Of a DNA stretch of 64,000 nucleotides, positions 14,200 through 25,485 are shown piece after piece. Numbering within the stretch: position 1 is the first letter of the stretch; each line of letters begins with the position of its first letter. The translations under genes and the position numbers were made by a program. The stretch covers positions 10,170,001 to 10,234,000 of the forward strand of contig NC_087438.1 in NCBI RefSeq assembly GCF_036321535.1. Direction: 5' to 3'. Below the pieces are notes generated by a model. It ran no database searches, was not told the DNA's origin, and saw only the letters and a program-made list of their open reading frames with translations. This stretch comes from Camelus dromedarius (Eukaryota).

Positions 14200-14780
14200 G
14201 TGTGGAGTCCAGCCATTTGGGAAAACAATTTGGCATCACCTAGTAAACTTGAAGAGGCACATAAACTGACCCAGCAGTTTCTCCCCTAGCCTGTGTCTCA
14301 GCTTGGAGATGCTCTGGAAGTGTTTTCTGGGATAAGTAGATAAGGCTGTTCGTGGTGGCAGCATTTATAATAGCAAAAAGTGTTTACTCTGGGAGACAGA
14401 GTAAATGTCCCTTAACCAGACTGCATAAGTAAGTTCATGGAATAGTCACAGAGTAGAGCATTCAGTAGAGCTCAGCGTGCACATCAGTGCAGAGTAACCA
14501 CTCACACAGACGCGTCGCGAGAGAATGCTGCAGCGGGATTACATTCGTATGAAGCTCAAAGACAAGCAAAGAAGCAGTATGTCATGTAGCAGCAGATTCA
14601 TAGATGGCAAACCTGTAAAGAAAAGCAAGGGAATGGTTATCCTGGAAGCCAGCATAGTGGTATGTCTGGAGCCAGGAGGTGGGTACCATCAGGCCATGAT
14701 GTAGAGAAGGCTTCTAAGGTGCTGGCAGAGTCCTGGTTCCTAAACAGGTTGGTGATTTCAAACATATACGTGTAATACAT
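14200..14780 (+). mobile_element. Ancient L1M (L1ME-like) ORF2 end / 3' UTR fragment
   Basis: ccatttgggaaaacaatttggca...gacccagcagtttctcccctag; gcagcatttataatagcaaaaag; aaagaaaagcaagggaatggttat. Confidence 0.7.
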
Positions 14781-16229
14781 ACACATCCGTCATACAGACC
14801 AGCCAGGCATTCTCTTCTAAGTCTGAGGCCCATTTTTGCCTGGGCTCTCATTTTAGTAGCTGAAAGAATTAGGAAAGTTGATTTTGAAAGCCTTTTTGTT
14901 TTACCATGCAGTGAATAATTGAATGTTTAAAGCCATCAGGGTTCTTAGAAGTTATTTCCTATAATAGTACCCACCCCTCCTCCTGTTTTGAGGTTTTCAG
15001 GTACCACTGCAGAGTTGACTGATGTCATGCTGTGAGCTTCCACAGAACCATCTGGGCATAATTATTTTTGCAAGGAACGTAGAAGGAAAACTTAGTGTGG
15101 TTTTTCATCACTTTAGAAACTTATTTTCGAGCGAGTTTGCCTTTACCAGAGTGGGCTGAGTGCGTGGCAAGCCTTGGACAGTGTAGGCAGGAGGGGCTGC
15201 ACCATTTGCATGCTCTGTTAGCTGTTCATTGCAGTGCTTACTTACCACGTGCCTAGGCAGAGTGGGAAAATCATGTTTCTTTTTAATCATCTATTACAAT
15301 GAGAGATGATGGTGTATTAAAGAAAGAGATGGAAGGTGGAAGATGGGAGGAAGGAGGGAGGGTGGCCTCAGGCCTGGGCCCGATGGCCCCGCAGGGGTAG
15401 AGAGCCTCCTCCTGCTGTTCATTGCAGACTTCTGGCTGGCCGGACGGCGCAGGTGGAGGGCACGGGCGTGGGAGCCAGGTGCCCTCTTACCTGTGGCACC
15501 AAGCCAGTGCCTCCTGGCATCGCCCCCAGGTGTGGTGTCACTGGTGAGCGATGGACGGCAATCCCTCCCCTCCCTGCGAGAGACAATCTCTCCTCCAAGC
15601 GAGAGACAAGGGATTCTTACTCCAGTGGACGGGCTTCTGACAGTAGAGGGGTGTGAAGTGGAAAGAAGTCAGAAAGGGAGGACTTCTTTTGGTGATTAAA
15701 GTGTTGGTTGTCACCATCTTAGTGAGGGGAGGTGATCTCTTCTTTTGGCTTATCTGTTTTCATTTCTAATTGTGCTCTGATTTGCCCCTTTCCTCAGACA
15801 GGACAGGCTGAGCAGGACCCCGAGAACGCTCAGGTGAAGGTGGGGTGCCCCCGGGAGTGGGGAGTGGGACCAAGGGGTCGAGGTAAGCCGCAAACTCTTA
15901 GGTAGAAGAGTGTTCTGATTTTTGAATTGCCTTATAGTTCCTTAAATTATTTATAGTCAGTCCCGGGAGAAGGAAATGGCCAAGGTTAATTGTTGATTTT
16001 TAAAAGCAATTTTTTTGTGTGGCTTTTTGACAATAACTGCATGTCTCCATCTTATTCTTTTTCATTTTTGAGTAGAGATGCGTCTCCTTATAGAATTCTG
16101 CAGTAATTGCAGGTAAATGGGCAAAGTATCGCCAGATCCATTTATTTAAAAGCACTTAGCAAATGTGTACATCTAAGAAAAGCTGCGTCCTCAGATGTCA
16201 GTGGTAACAGTAGTTAGGCTTCTCGGTGC

Positions 16230-16345
16230 TGTTAGTCCTGTGAGGTGGCGTCATTGGGATCCCATTTCTCAGATGAGGAGTCAGAGGTGCAGAAAGACTG
16301 GGGCCGGCCGTCGTCTCCGTGCTGGGAGGTGCAAACCCAGCACCC
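16230..16345 (-). mobile_element. MIR core fragment
   Basis: cctgtgaggtgg...atcccatttctcagatgaggagtcagaggtgcagaaag. Confidence 0.55.
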
Positions 16346-19038
16346 GGGTTTCAGCGGGCTCCTCACTGAACACGTTATCCCTCGACAGGGAAGTTTTGTT
16401 TTGAGTTGTGGCTTCATCGCTGTCAGGTGATATCCCTGAATTTAATGCTAGTGGAAGGGGTGGGGGGAGTATAGCTTTTGCTCCAGCCTCCTGAGCGTCC
16501 CTCCCCACCTCGTGTCTGCTTCTCCCTTGGGAGGAAGTTGTCTGCAACCTTGAGCGGGTCCTGAGCACCGGGGCAACAGGTGGACTGAGGTCTCGGTGCT
16601 GAGTCCTGGGAAGGTCCTGCAGGTGTGGGCTGGTGAGCGAGTACCACACACCTTCATTTAAGTGCCCTTACTGCTTTCTGTTTGCATTTCTGTACTTCAC
16701 TTTGCATCTGTATGCTAACTGGGGCAAAGTGTTCTCCGGGCTTCCTAGTAGATACTGACTTGTTTCTCTGTCAGGAGCGTTAGGTGGTTGGGAAAAGGAA
16801 ACAGATTGCCCAGTCTACAAGGCTTACAGCTCTGGGTCTCACCCTGCTCCTATTGGGTACAGCCGAGCGAGTCTGAGGAAGTACAGGTGCGGGAGGGCTG
16901 GCCCTGCCCTCTCCCTACCCCCTCCCCCGTTATTTCTTGGGGACCTCGCAGGAAGCGGGAAGAGGCCCTGTGGTTCATGGCCGTGCAGCTCCAGCACGGG
17001 CTGGTTGCTGCCTGTCATCTCAGCCCCTGGCATGGCAGCCAGTGTCCAGTGTCCTCAGGTGAGATGATGGGTCTGACAGTCCTGCAGTTGGAGCTTCCTG
17101 CACTTTTGTGAGGGTCGCAGACCTGCTGCAGCACTTCAGAGCCTGTGCTGGTGTCCGCCTACTGAGCTCAGAGTGAATCAAGGGGGAGATGCCACCGTGT
17201 GGGCACTGATACCCCGTCAAGTTCATGGGGTCTCCAGCAGTGATTCCCTTCCCAGCTCGCTCCCCCCGCCAGTGCCCTTTCTCTGGCACTTCTGTCCTCC
17301 TTACCTTCGGAATTTGCATCTTTTTATCAATGAATGTGCATAAGAATCCCAAGTGGGAGATGAGTCAATCCATATTAAATCCATCTTTATGTCAAAATTT
17401 GTTTTCCCATCAATATATCTGAATTATTTGACTTAATAAATTTTTTTTAACCAGAATAAAAAAACCCTACTTTCGTAGGTATGCAGAAAGGAGTTTGAGG
17501 TGAAGGAGGTGGGAGGAGAGGTGGTTAGAATCGAAACAAATTTTTCTTTTGTTTTGTTTTTACATTAGCAGATGCATTACTTTTCTCAACTCCCTTTGTA
17601 GCTTCTTAAATTTCTCATTAGAATCCTGTACGAGGTTAGTGATAGGGACCTATTTATTAGAAATTTTCCCCCTGCTTGGAAGTGAGGGTAAAGCAGGATA
17701 CCAGTACCTGAGTTAATGTGAGCAAAAGAAATGACTTTAACCTTTTAAAAGCCAGTGAGTCCTAAAGGCTTCGGCTGCCCTTGTGCTGTAACCTTGAGCA
17801 GATCCCATTGTCTGCAGCTGAAGTCAGGCTGGCCCTTCTCCCTGGAAGCTCCCACCCAGCCATGTGACCTCAGGGCTAATGACACACTTGTTGAGCAGTG
17901 AAATCATGTTATGCCAAAAAGAAGGATCTGGAAGAAAACTTCCAACTGAACTGTAGGTTGCACTCGGAATTCAGCCTGGAAACAAACAGGTTACACTGCA
18001 TCTATTTATTTATTTACTTACTTAATTAATTATTTAGTTTTGAGTTGTCCTTAGTTGGACAGAATTGCTCCTCCTGGATTTCTTATCCTGTTCCAGGCTC
18101 TGTGTCCTCGACTGGTCAGTGAACATCTGAGGGACAGGACTTAGCTCGCTCCTGTTTGTGTCCTCAAGCATCAGATGTGTCACAGTGTATTTTAGATGTA
18201 TTTCTGGTAACATTCAGAAACAGATGAAGGAAATTGTCAAGGCAGAGTAGGTTAGTTCAGTAACGGAGGCAAAGCGGTTACATATATAAGCTATAAAGTG
18301 GGCTTCTGATGATCAAAGCAATCACAGTATTTTCTCTCTGAACATATTATTATTCACTTCTGTGCTTTGTGGTTTTAATTGCCTACAGCAAGGGCTTCCA
18401 ACTTCCCCACAATAGTCTGGAGCACCCCTTTCTATGGAGGAGTTAGTTTTAGTGCCAGGGATTGATAAAAATTTCAGTGACAAAAGTAACACTTTTAGAT
18501 GGATTTGTGTAATTAATCACAGTAGCATTTACATCTCTCTTATAAACAACATTACCTGCATTTGCAAGGCATATTCATTTGTCCATCAGACTTTGCTTGT
18601 TATGTACAGATTGTGAAGGCTACTATTTGGTCTAATGCGTGTCTTATTTTGTTTTAGATTATAAACTTAAAGTCAGGGACATGTCATTTAGCGGGAACAT
18701 CTCTAGGGCTTAAGAGAGCATTGTGTGTAAATACGTCCTTTATGAATGCCAAGTGATGGAAAACACAGTTCTAAGCTTCATCAGAGAACTGGCTGATAGA
18801 AAATTCTGCCAAATTCTTTGATGTTATTAAAGATAGATCTTTCCAGTGGGTTTATTTTGGAATTAAATCCAAATGGGAATAACTCTATTCAGTCTTTCCA
18901 TTAAAAATTCTATTTCTTTGTGGCATTTGCCTTATATGATATGTTAACAAGGGTAAATGAATTAACTGAAGATTTTTGAAGCAGAAATGGATATACTGTA
19001 GCTTAATTTTGCTGAGTGCTTTAGCAGAAACTTTATTT

Positions 19039-19099
19039 TATATGTGTGTGTATGTGTGTGTGTGTGTGTGTGTGTGCGCGCGCACGTGCGCGTGCACAT
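19039..19099. repeat. (TG)n-(CG)n alternating purine/pyrimidine tract
   Basis: Unbroken RY alternation over about 60 nt, read directly. Confidence 0.92.
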
Positions 19100-19522
19100 T
19101 CAGTAGAACCGTACTTCTAATTTTGAATTTTGATCTTTTCCCGGGTTAGTGATGTGTGGCAGACACTCTGGTGACGCTGGTCAGCACCACGGCTCCCAGT
19201 CAGCTGCGCCGTCACAAAGGTAGACAGCCAGGACACTTACAACCACTGTGTACCCAGACGGCCATCTGCTTCTCACTTGCAGTGCAGCATTCAGTGAATT
19301 ACACAAGCTAGTCAACACCGTATTGTAAAACTGGCCTTGTGTTAGGTGATTCTGCCCAACCGTAGGCCAGTGTAAGTATTTTGAGCACGTTTTAGGTTGG
19401 CTGGGCTAAGCTACACTGTTCGCTAGGTTAGGTGTATTAAGTGTGTTTTCAACTTAAAATATTTTCAATTTTTATGATGGGTTTATTGGCACGTAGCCCC
19501 GTTGTAAGTCGAGGAAGATCTG
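19097..19522 (-). mobile_element. TcMar-Tigger element (Tigger5/MER47 family)
   Basis: Terminal gatgggtttattggcacgtagccccgttgtaagtcgaggaagatctg followed by TA; internal taggttaggtgtattaa and cattcagtagaaccgtacttc match the recalled MER47 consensus. Confidence 0.8.
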
Positions 19523-20331
19523 TACAGTATTTTCACTTAGATATAATCACGGGACACTCAAGTTAATTGGTAGCTTATTAAGATATTCAACATTGGTTTA
19601 CTTTTTTTTCCATGGATGGAAACCTAATTGACACGGTGTCCTGAAGGTAGGAGTGACTGGTAGGCGTCTGCGGCTGCGCCCGGAGGGAAGTGTTCAGAAG
19701 CAGAGCCCTAGCATTCGGGGTGGGCAGAGAGAAGGCTGGGGTGAGCGAAGTGGAGAAAAGCTGGAATAAACCAAACTGTAAACCCAAATCTCGGTTCAGG
19801 CTGGGGATTGAGTCCCGCTCTCTTACTTTAATGTGCGGACTGGCTGGAAGGCTTTGGCCTGCCCTCCCTGCTTGTTGCTGTTCTGTACCCTTGCTGCTCC
19901 TGGTTGCTAACAAAGCAGGTTGTGGTGACATACTGCAGGTGCTCTGGGATGTTGCTGTGTGTGGTGTGTGACACTCACAGAGGCCTAGCTTGCACTTCGT
20001 TAATGTGGCGAGAAGCACTGTCCCTGGAGTGTTGATGTGGGCTCTGTCGGGCTGCCTGTGGCCTGCACGACTGAGGATGTGAGACGCCAGCTCAGGCTGC
20101 ATACAGGAGAAGGAAGGTTCTGTTTTGAGTTGTGTGCTGTTTCCTTGGCTTGCTGTTTCCCTCGTGTCTACTCTGTTCACAAAATCTAATAATCAAAGCA
20201 CTTTGATGTAACTCTGAATTCTTGGGTGAAGACCCTCCCAAATGCAAAGACGCAGGGCTATAGGCCTGTGTTTCCTACTTAGAAACCGCTTTCCTAGACT
20301 CCTGCTTTCCTTTTGGTGGTTGAAAATGTGG

Positions 20332-20690
20332 TGCCGACTGATGAAAAACACACAAAGTGAGAGCAATGAGTTTCCGTTTTATTCAGAGACTTGACTGAGG
20401 ACGGTAGCCCAGGAGACTGTCTCAGGTTGCTCTGAGGAACTGTTCCCAAGAGATAAGGGTAGATACGGATATGGAGATCTGTGTATATATATATATCACA
20501 TATAAGGATATATATGAGCTTTTTTGCTGGGAAAAACATGTAGTCAGGAATAAAAAGGTGACTGCTAATCACAGAGGACAGGCATCTCAAGTTAATGACT
20601 TTAGTGCTTTTCTATGTATGTGAAGATAAAAGAATCTGGGGTCACTGAAATTTTTCCTTAGATATATCTTAACTGTCTAGGGGCCTGTGT
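20332..20690 (-). mobile_element. ERV1 LTR fragment, MER41-related (artiodactyl type)
   Basis: ctgaggacggtagcccaggagac...ctctgaggaactg; gcatctcaagttaatgactttagtgcttttctatgtatg; aagaatctggggtcactgaaat match recalled artiodactyl MER41-like LTRs. Confidence 0.65.
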
Positions 20691-21236
20691 ATGTATGGTC
20701 TATGGAACGAAAAGCCATTCAGTGCTCCTCCCATCAGAGAAGCTTTTCATAATTAATTTTTTATTTTTGTGGCCGGAGCAGAAAACAACTTTTTAATTAC
20801 ATTGTAAAATTCCCAAAGTAAAACTTCCCCTACTTAAAGATGTAGACCAAGAATATGTGAATGTAATTTTATGTACTAGACGAAGAACTCATGCCTCAGC
20901 GTAGCCTCCTCAGATTAAGTGTTGGGTGCAGGGTGATGGCTTTGGAGCTGCTGCTGGCTGTCTGGGACGAGCCGGACACTTGGCTCAGCACCGCAGACAG
21001 ACAGCTGCCACTTACACTTTCCAACTGATGCGCCCTGAACCTCTGGGGCTCCGCAGCGGGGGCTGGAGCCCTGACTGCGCCGCCCACTCTGCGAGGCAGT
21101 GAGGGGCAGGACTGCCCCTTCCCAAGGAGCTGACCTTCCTGGGTGGCCTCGGGCTTAGATAGGTACTGAGTGGTGTGGGAGGAGGGTTCTGAGTGCTGTG
21201 GGAGTGCAGGGTCGGGGAGCTGATCAGCAGTGGGGG

Positions 21237-21714
21237 TGTTACCAAAGGCAAGTTCCTCTGCCCGACTCACCATGAGGCCAAACAAACTGAAACATCAGAG
21301 TTTGGAGCAGAGGAAGGTTTATTGCAGAACGGAGCCAAGAGGACTGGATGGCTCCTGCCCAAGAAGACCCCGAACTTCCTGAAGGGTTTCAGCAAAGCAT
21401 ATTTAAAGGCCAGTTAAGAGGGGTGGGTCCCAGGTAACTTACGTGATCAGCTCGTGTACAATTCTCTGATTAGTTGATGTTGAGGGAGCAGGGAGGTCAA
21501 CAGTATCAACCCCTAGGCACCAGAAGATCTGGGGGCCATGTGCAGCGGATCATCAAGTGGTTAATTTCTTCCTATTGGTGGTGGTTTTTAGCATCTAAAA
21601 AACTCAGGCGATTTACATGAGATACTATGATCTGGGTACTTCAGAGAGGAGCTGCAGCAGAGGATGTAGGGGAGGGATCTGTCCTGGGAAGGCTCCACAA
21701 GGTCCTCAGTTACA
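21237..21714 (-). mobile_element. Complete solo LTR (ERV1-like, 478 bp) with target-site duplication
   Basis: TGTTAC...GTTACA (TG...CA) termini flanked by GGGGG on both sides (21232-36, 21715-19). Minus-strand AATAAA (tttatt 21318-23). Confidence 0.85.
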
Positions 21715-21839
21715 GGGGGTCAGCAAGTTTCCACAGATGGGGCGGGTCTGGTCTGAGTTTCTCAGGAGGAGATGGGAGGGTGAAGAGTGTGTGTGCCCGA
21801 GTGAGTGTGTGGGGAGGTGTGGGGGTGTGTTAGGCTGGG

Positions 21840-22330
21840 TGGGGAGCAGTGTGTGTGGAGGTTCAGCCATGAGGGCCTGTGTTAAGTGCAGGTGATCAGA
21901 ACTCCTGGAATGGGTGCGGGGAGGATAATGAATGGGAACTAGTGAGGCTGCAGGGGTAAGTGGATATCAGACCTTGAGGACTTCATTCATGTCAGGGAGT
22001 TTGGGCTTATTCAATGGCACTGAGAAGCCATTGGCAAATTTTGGGGAGTGAAATTATGTGATGGTGTTTTGGGGAGAGTGGCGAAATGGATCAGAGTGAG
22101 TCATGAACATTCGTTAGGAGATGCTGGAGGAACACACACGAAGGGGATGCCGGCCCGTGGACATGGTGCTCTAAGTCACAGAGTCTGCGGGAGTGCAAGG
22201 GAGGATGGGGGAGGGAGAAGCCTGGGTCCCTGATTTGGCTGTGGGGGGATGGTTTGTGGGGCCAGGTACTGTGCTGGTCTGGGGGATGAAGGTGAGTTTA
22301 GGGTTAGACATTTTGGTGGAGAAGGCTGTA
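21840..22330 (-). mobile_element. L2 LINE fragment
   Basis: gggagtttgggcttattcaatggcactgagaagccattggcaaattttg and gatgaaggtgagtttagggttagacat are typical antisense L2. Confidence 0.6.
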
Positions 22331-23041
22331 CTGCAGGCATGCAGGTGCCCACTGTTTGATGACCCCTCTTTATTCCAGTGACGACAGCCTCCTGCTTCCC
22401 AGCCAAGACCTGCCATACTCATTTCCCCGCGTGAATCCTGCATCTGATAGGATATCTCCTATTTTGATCCCTCTGGCCCTTGTTTTTCCATACGATTTGT
22501 CTGTTCCACAAAACTCACCACTCAGCGTTGCTTTGCCAAACACAGGATTCAACAGGGACCTTAGGTTATACTTGATGTTCAAGTCATCCCCAAATCAGGG
22601 CATATCAGTGTACACTGAGATTAGTTTTAAATAAGTTTGTACCACTTCTCTGTAACTGAAAGGCTTTCTGTATGTAATAGTCAAAAAGATGTTTATATAA
22701 AGGAAAAGGAGTAGAGTTAAAATATAGCTTTATTTTCCAAAGCCTTTTGTAGAATTTATTGTGATGTCCATTTAAAAAAATCTGCAAGTATTAGAATTTT
22801 TTCTATTCTTATTTGATAGATGGTAAGGGTACTCCCACATATGCAATGTTTGATGCGATGATTAAACAAGGTTTCTTTTAGCAGTCAATCTTGGTTGATT
22901 TGATATAAATCATACCATTGGTACAGCTGTGGCAGTTGTATCATTGTTATTCATTTGCTACAAACTAAGTTCTTAAACAGCTTTCCTGAGAGGCTACGTA
23001 TATAAAGCAAATCTTATTTGGAGTCTCAGTACACATGTGTA

Positions 23042-23046
<5 letters not shown>

Positions 23047-23080
<34 letters not shown>
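23047..23080. repeat. (GT)17 microsatellite
   Basis: Read directly. Confidence 0.95.
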
Positions 23081-23081
<1 letters not shown>

Positions 23082-23189
23082 GAGGGATTAGGTCCCAGGG
23101 TACAGCTGGGGTGAGCTTACCCCAGTGGGATCTTCTGTGGATGGCTATGGTACATGGACGGACAGACAGACATGTTCTTTCTTTTGGTA

Positions 23190-23270
23190 TTAGGCAAACA
23201 TGAGGATAAGGTTTCTCTGTGCTTGGCTCTGTGCTGGTCCCTGGGGATGCAAAGATGAATAGCACATCTG
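23190..23270 (-). mobile_element. L2 3' end fragment
   Basis: ctctgtgcttggctctgtgctggtccctggggatgcaaagatgaatag. Confidence 0.55.
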
Positions 23271-24040
23271 GGCACATGGTTCTTTTTTGATTTATGAGAT
23301 TGTAAGAAGGTAGAACACTTGTTTATAACACTACTCTTACTTTTTTGACTATTTCCATTCATTGGTGTATTAGTTATGCTTTTTAATGAACTTCTAACGC
23401 ACTTACCGTGTAATTAAATCATCACGTTAAAAATTCTACGGATTGTTTCATTTATAGTAAAATGTATGTACTAGTTTAAAAATATTTTGTTATGGTTTTT
23501 GTTGTTGTTTTGGTTTGTCCTCTATGTTTTGTGCTCAAGACATTAAAAGCCAGAGCTATCTTAAGTTGAAATACCCTTATACTCCCTTGAATCAATCAAA
23601 CTTAAGTTTTTTTCTTCCTCAAAGGTATGATGTTACAGGCTATTGCTTCTAAAATTATGTGAAGGAATAAATCAGCCAGTCTGACAGTTATTAGAACCAT
23701 AAATGTTATAAGTAAAAATTACAATGCAGCACTATGAAACCTGGTCCATGTTCCTGTGTGGTGGCCTGTGAACATGTCCATATTCTTGATATAAGTAGTT
23801 AATTCACTTTATATGCTGCTTATAATCATTTTATATGTGTGGACTGTAGTTATATATTCACGTAAAAATAATATAAGCATTGCATTTTGTTTTGATTTAT
23901 TAGTAAAAAAGACACACCATTTGATTTATAACTTTGTATCTTTCCCCCCTTAAACATTTCCGTAGCGGATCCAGGCTGGAGAAAATGCTTCCTTCCCACG
24001 CAACACTGGTCTGAATGCTTGCCCAACTGAAACCCTTGTT

Positions 24041-24263
24041 AGCGCAAACATTGTGCCGCCGCGCACCGCCGCTCCCTGTGATCCGTGACTAATCCTGCAG
24101 GCACTGCGGAGAGGTCCGGGAGTCGGAACTGCGGACGGCCTGCCTGGAAGGGGTGACGTCACCTCCATCTGCCAGGGCACATGCGCGGTGCCGCTGATGC
24201 AGAGATTGATCACCCTGCTCTTTGTGCTCAGGGGTGCGTGTGCGCGCGTGCTTGCGCGCGCGC
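24041..24263. promoter_or_regulatory. Small CpG-rich island with palindromic CRE (GGTGACGTCACC 24152-24163) and (CG)n run; candidate intronic promoter/enhancer
   Basis: 24 CpG counted in about 223 nt between AT-rich flanks. TGACGTCA at 24154-24161. No repeat recognised. Confidence 0.5.
24197..24233 (+). CDS. Candidate coding part of an alternative 5' TRIO exon: MQRLITLLFVLR(G), phase 1, in frame with exon 2
   Basis: ATG at 24197, then 37 nt to ggg|GTGCGT (GT at 24234-35). Sits in a CpG-rich island. No transcript evidence is available here. Confidence 0.4.
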
Positions 24264-25364
24264 TTCCCCTGAATAAACTAATGAGTAAAATTCAGTAATT
24301 ACCAACAAGATTCGGTACTAATAGTAACCCTCCAGTTTACTATGTAACGTTTTCTTTGTTCTTTCAAAATGCTGCTTTGTTTATTAACACTTTTTTATTA
24401 CTGCTGCAACCTGTATTTTTTATAAGGATAGGAATTTTTTTGAGTCTCTTCCCACTTTCAATTTTCCTGTTTAGTAAATACTAAAGTAAATAGCTGGCAG
24501 GCAAATGAGCCCTCTGAAAACGGATGAGCAGCAGTTTTGTAGATTGTCTTGTAAGGACAAATCCCAATGCAGGAGGTGAGGCCAACTGTTCAGAAAAAGG
24601 TGCCAGTTCATTTGGTTTGGCTCAAATGGTGAAGAAATAACTTTCCATTTTTCTAGCACTGTATTTACTTTTTCATAAATTAACTCATTTAACTTTAGGA
24701 TTATGTAAAATTTGAAATTACTAGTATCTGCCTGTAGTCTTGGGAGAAGTATTGGGAAAAAAAACTAACCTGTGTTTTAGTTTAGAGTTTTAAAATTTTG
24801 ATTCATTTAAAAACTGATTTGGTTTATTTCATCTTAATTTCTTTTCAAGCTAGTTAGGTAAAAAATCCTTTGGCGATAATGTGCTGCATAAAAGCTTATT
24901 GCTCATTGTAAAAATATTTCTGTGGTGCTTTTTTCTTTCTTTAAAAAAAAAACTTGGGAGATGGTTCTTTTTCTGTTTGTTGTTTTAAAAAAAAAATCTG
25001 ATACCAAGGAAGTGAGCAAGTGCATGAGCATTCTGGTTAGCAGTGACTCGCTTCAAAAGGTATTTGTCAACAACATCAATACAGCACCACGTTGTAGAAG
25101 TTGCAGGGTAAAAAATGAAAAATTGATTTGACCAGATAGTTGAAGTTTCAGAGCATTGATTCAACTGAAGAATTTTCCATTGTTGACTAACTTGTGGCAT
25201 ATTTCCTCCTAGGGCAGAGAGGTTAATTGTCCTTGTTATAAATATAAATCATACCATAGGCCATCTGAACAATGCTGAGCTTATGGTCCACAAACCTGAA
25301 ACAGAAAGTGCTAAGGAACACTGAGGTGCTTGCATGGGGGTTTGGGGCAAGAAGCTAGAGAAGT

Positions 25365-25485
25365 CTGTTCATTTGTTAGTTTGTTCATTCATTCATCCAG
25401 CCAACCCAGCTTTATTGACCACCCTTTATCCAGCTCTGTCCCAGGCATCCGGGACACAGCAGGGAACAAAACAGACCCGTCTTCC
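25365..25485 (-). mobile_element. L2 3' end with (CATT)n tail
   Basis: ttcattcattcatcc...tttattgaccaccc...ccaggcatccgggacacagcagggaacaaaacagac. Confidence 0.7.
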
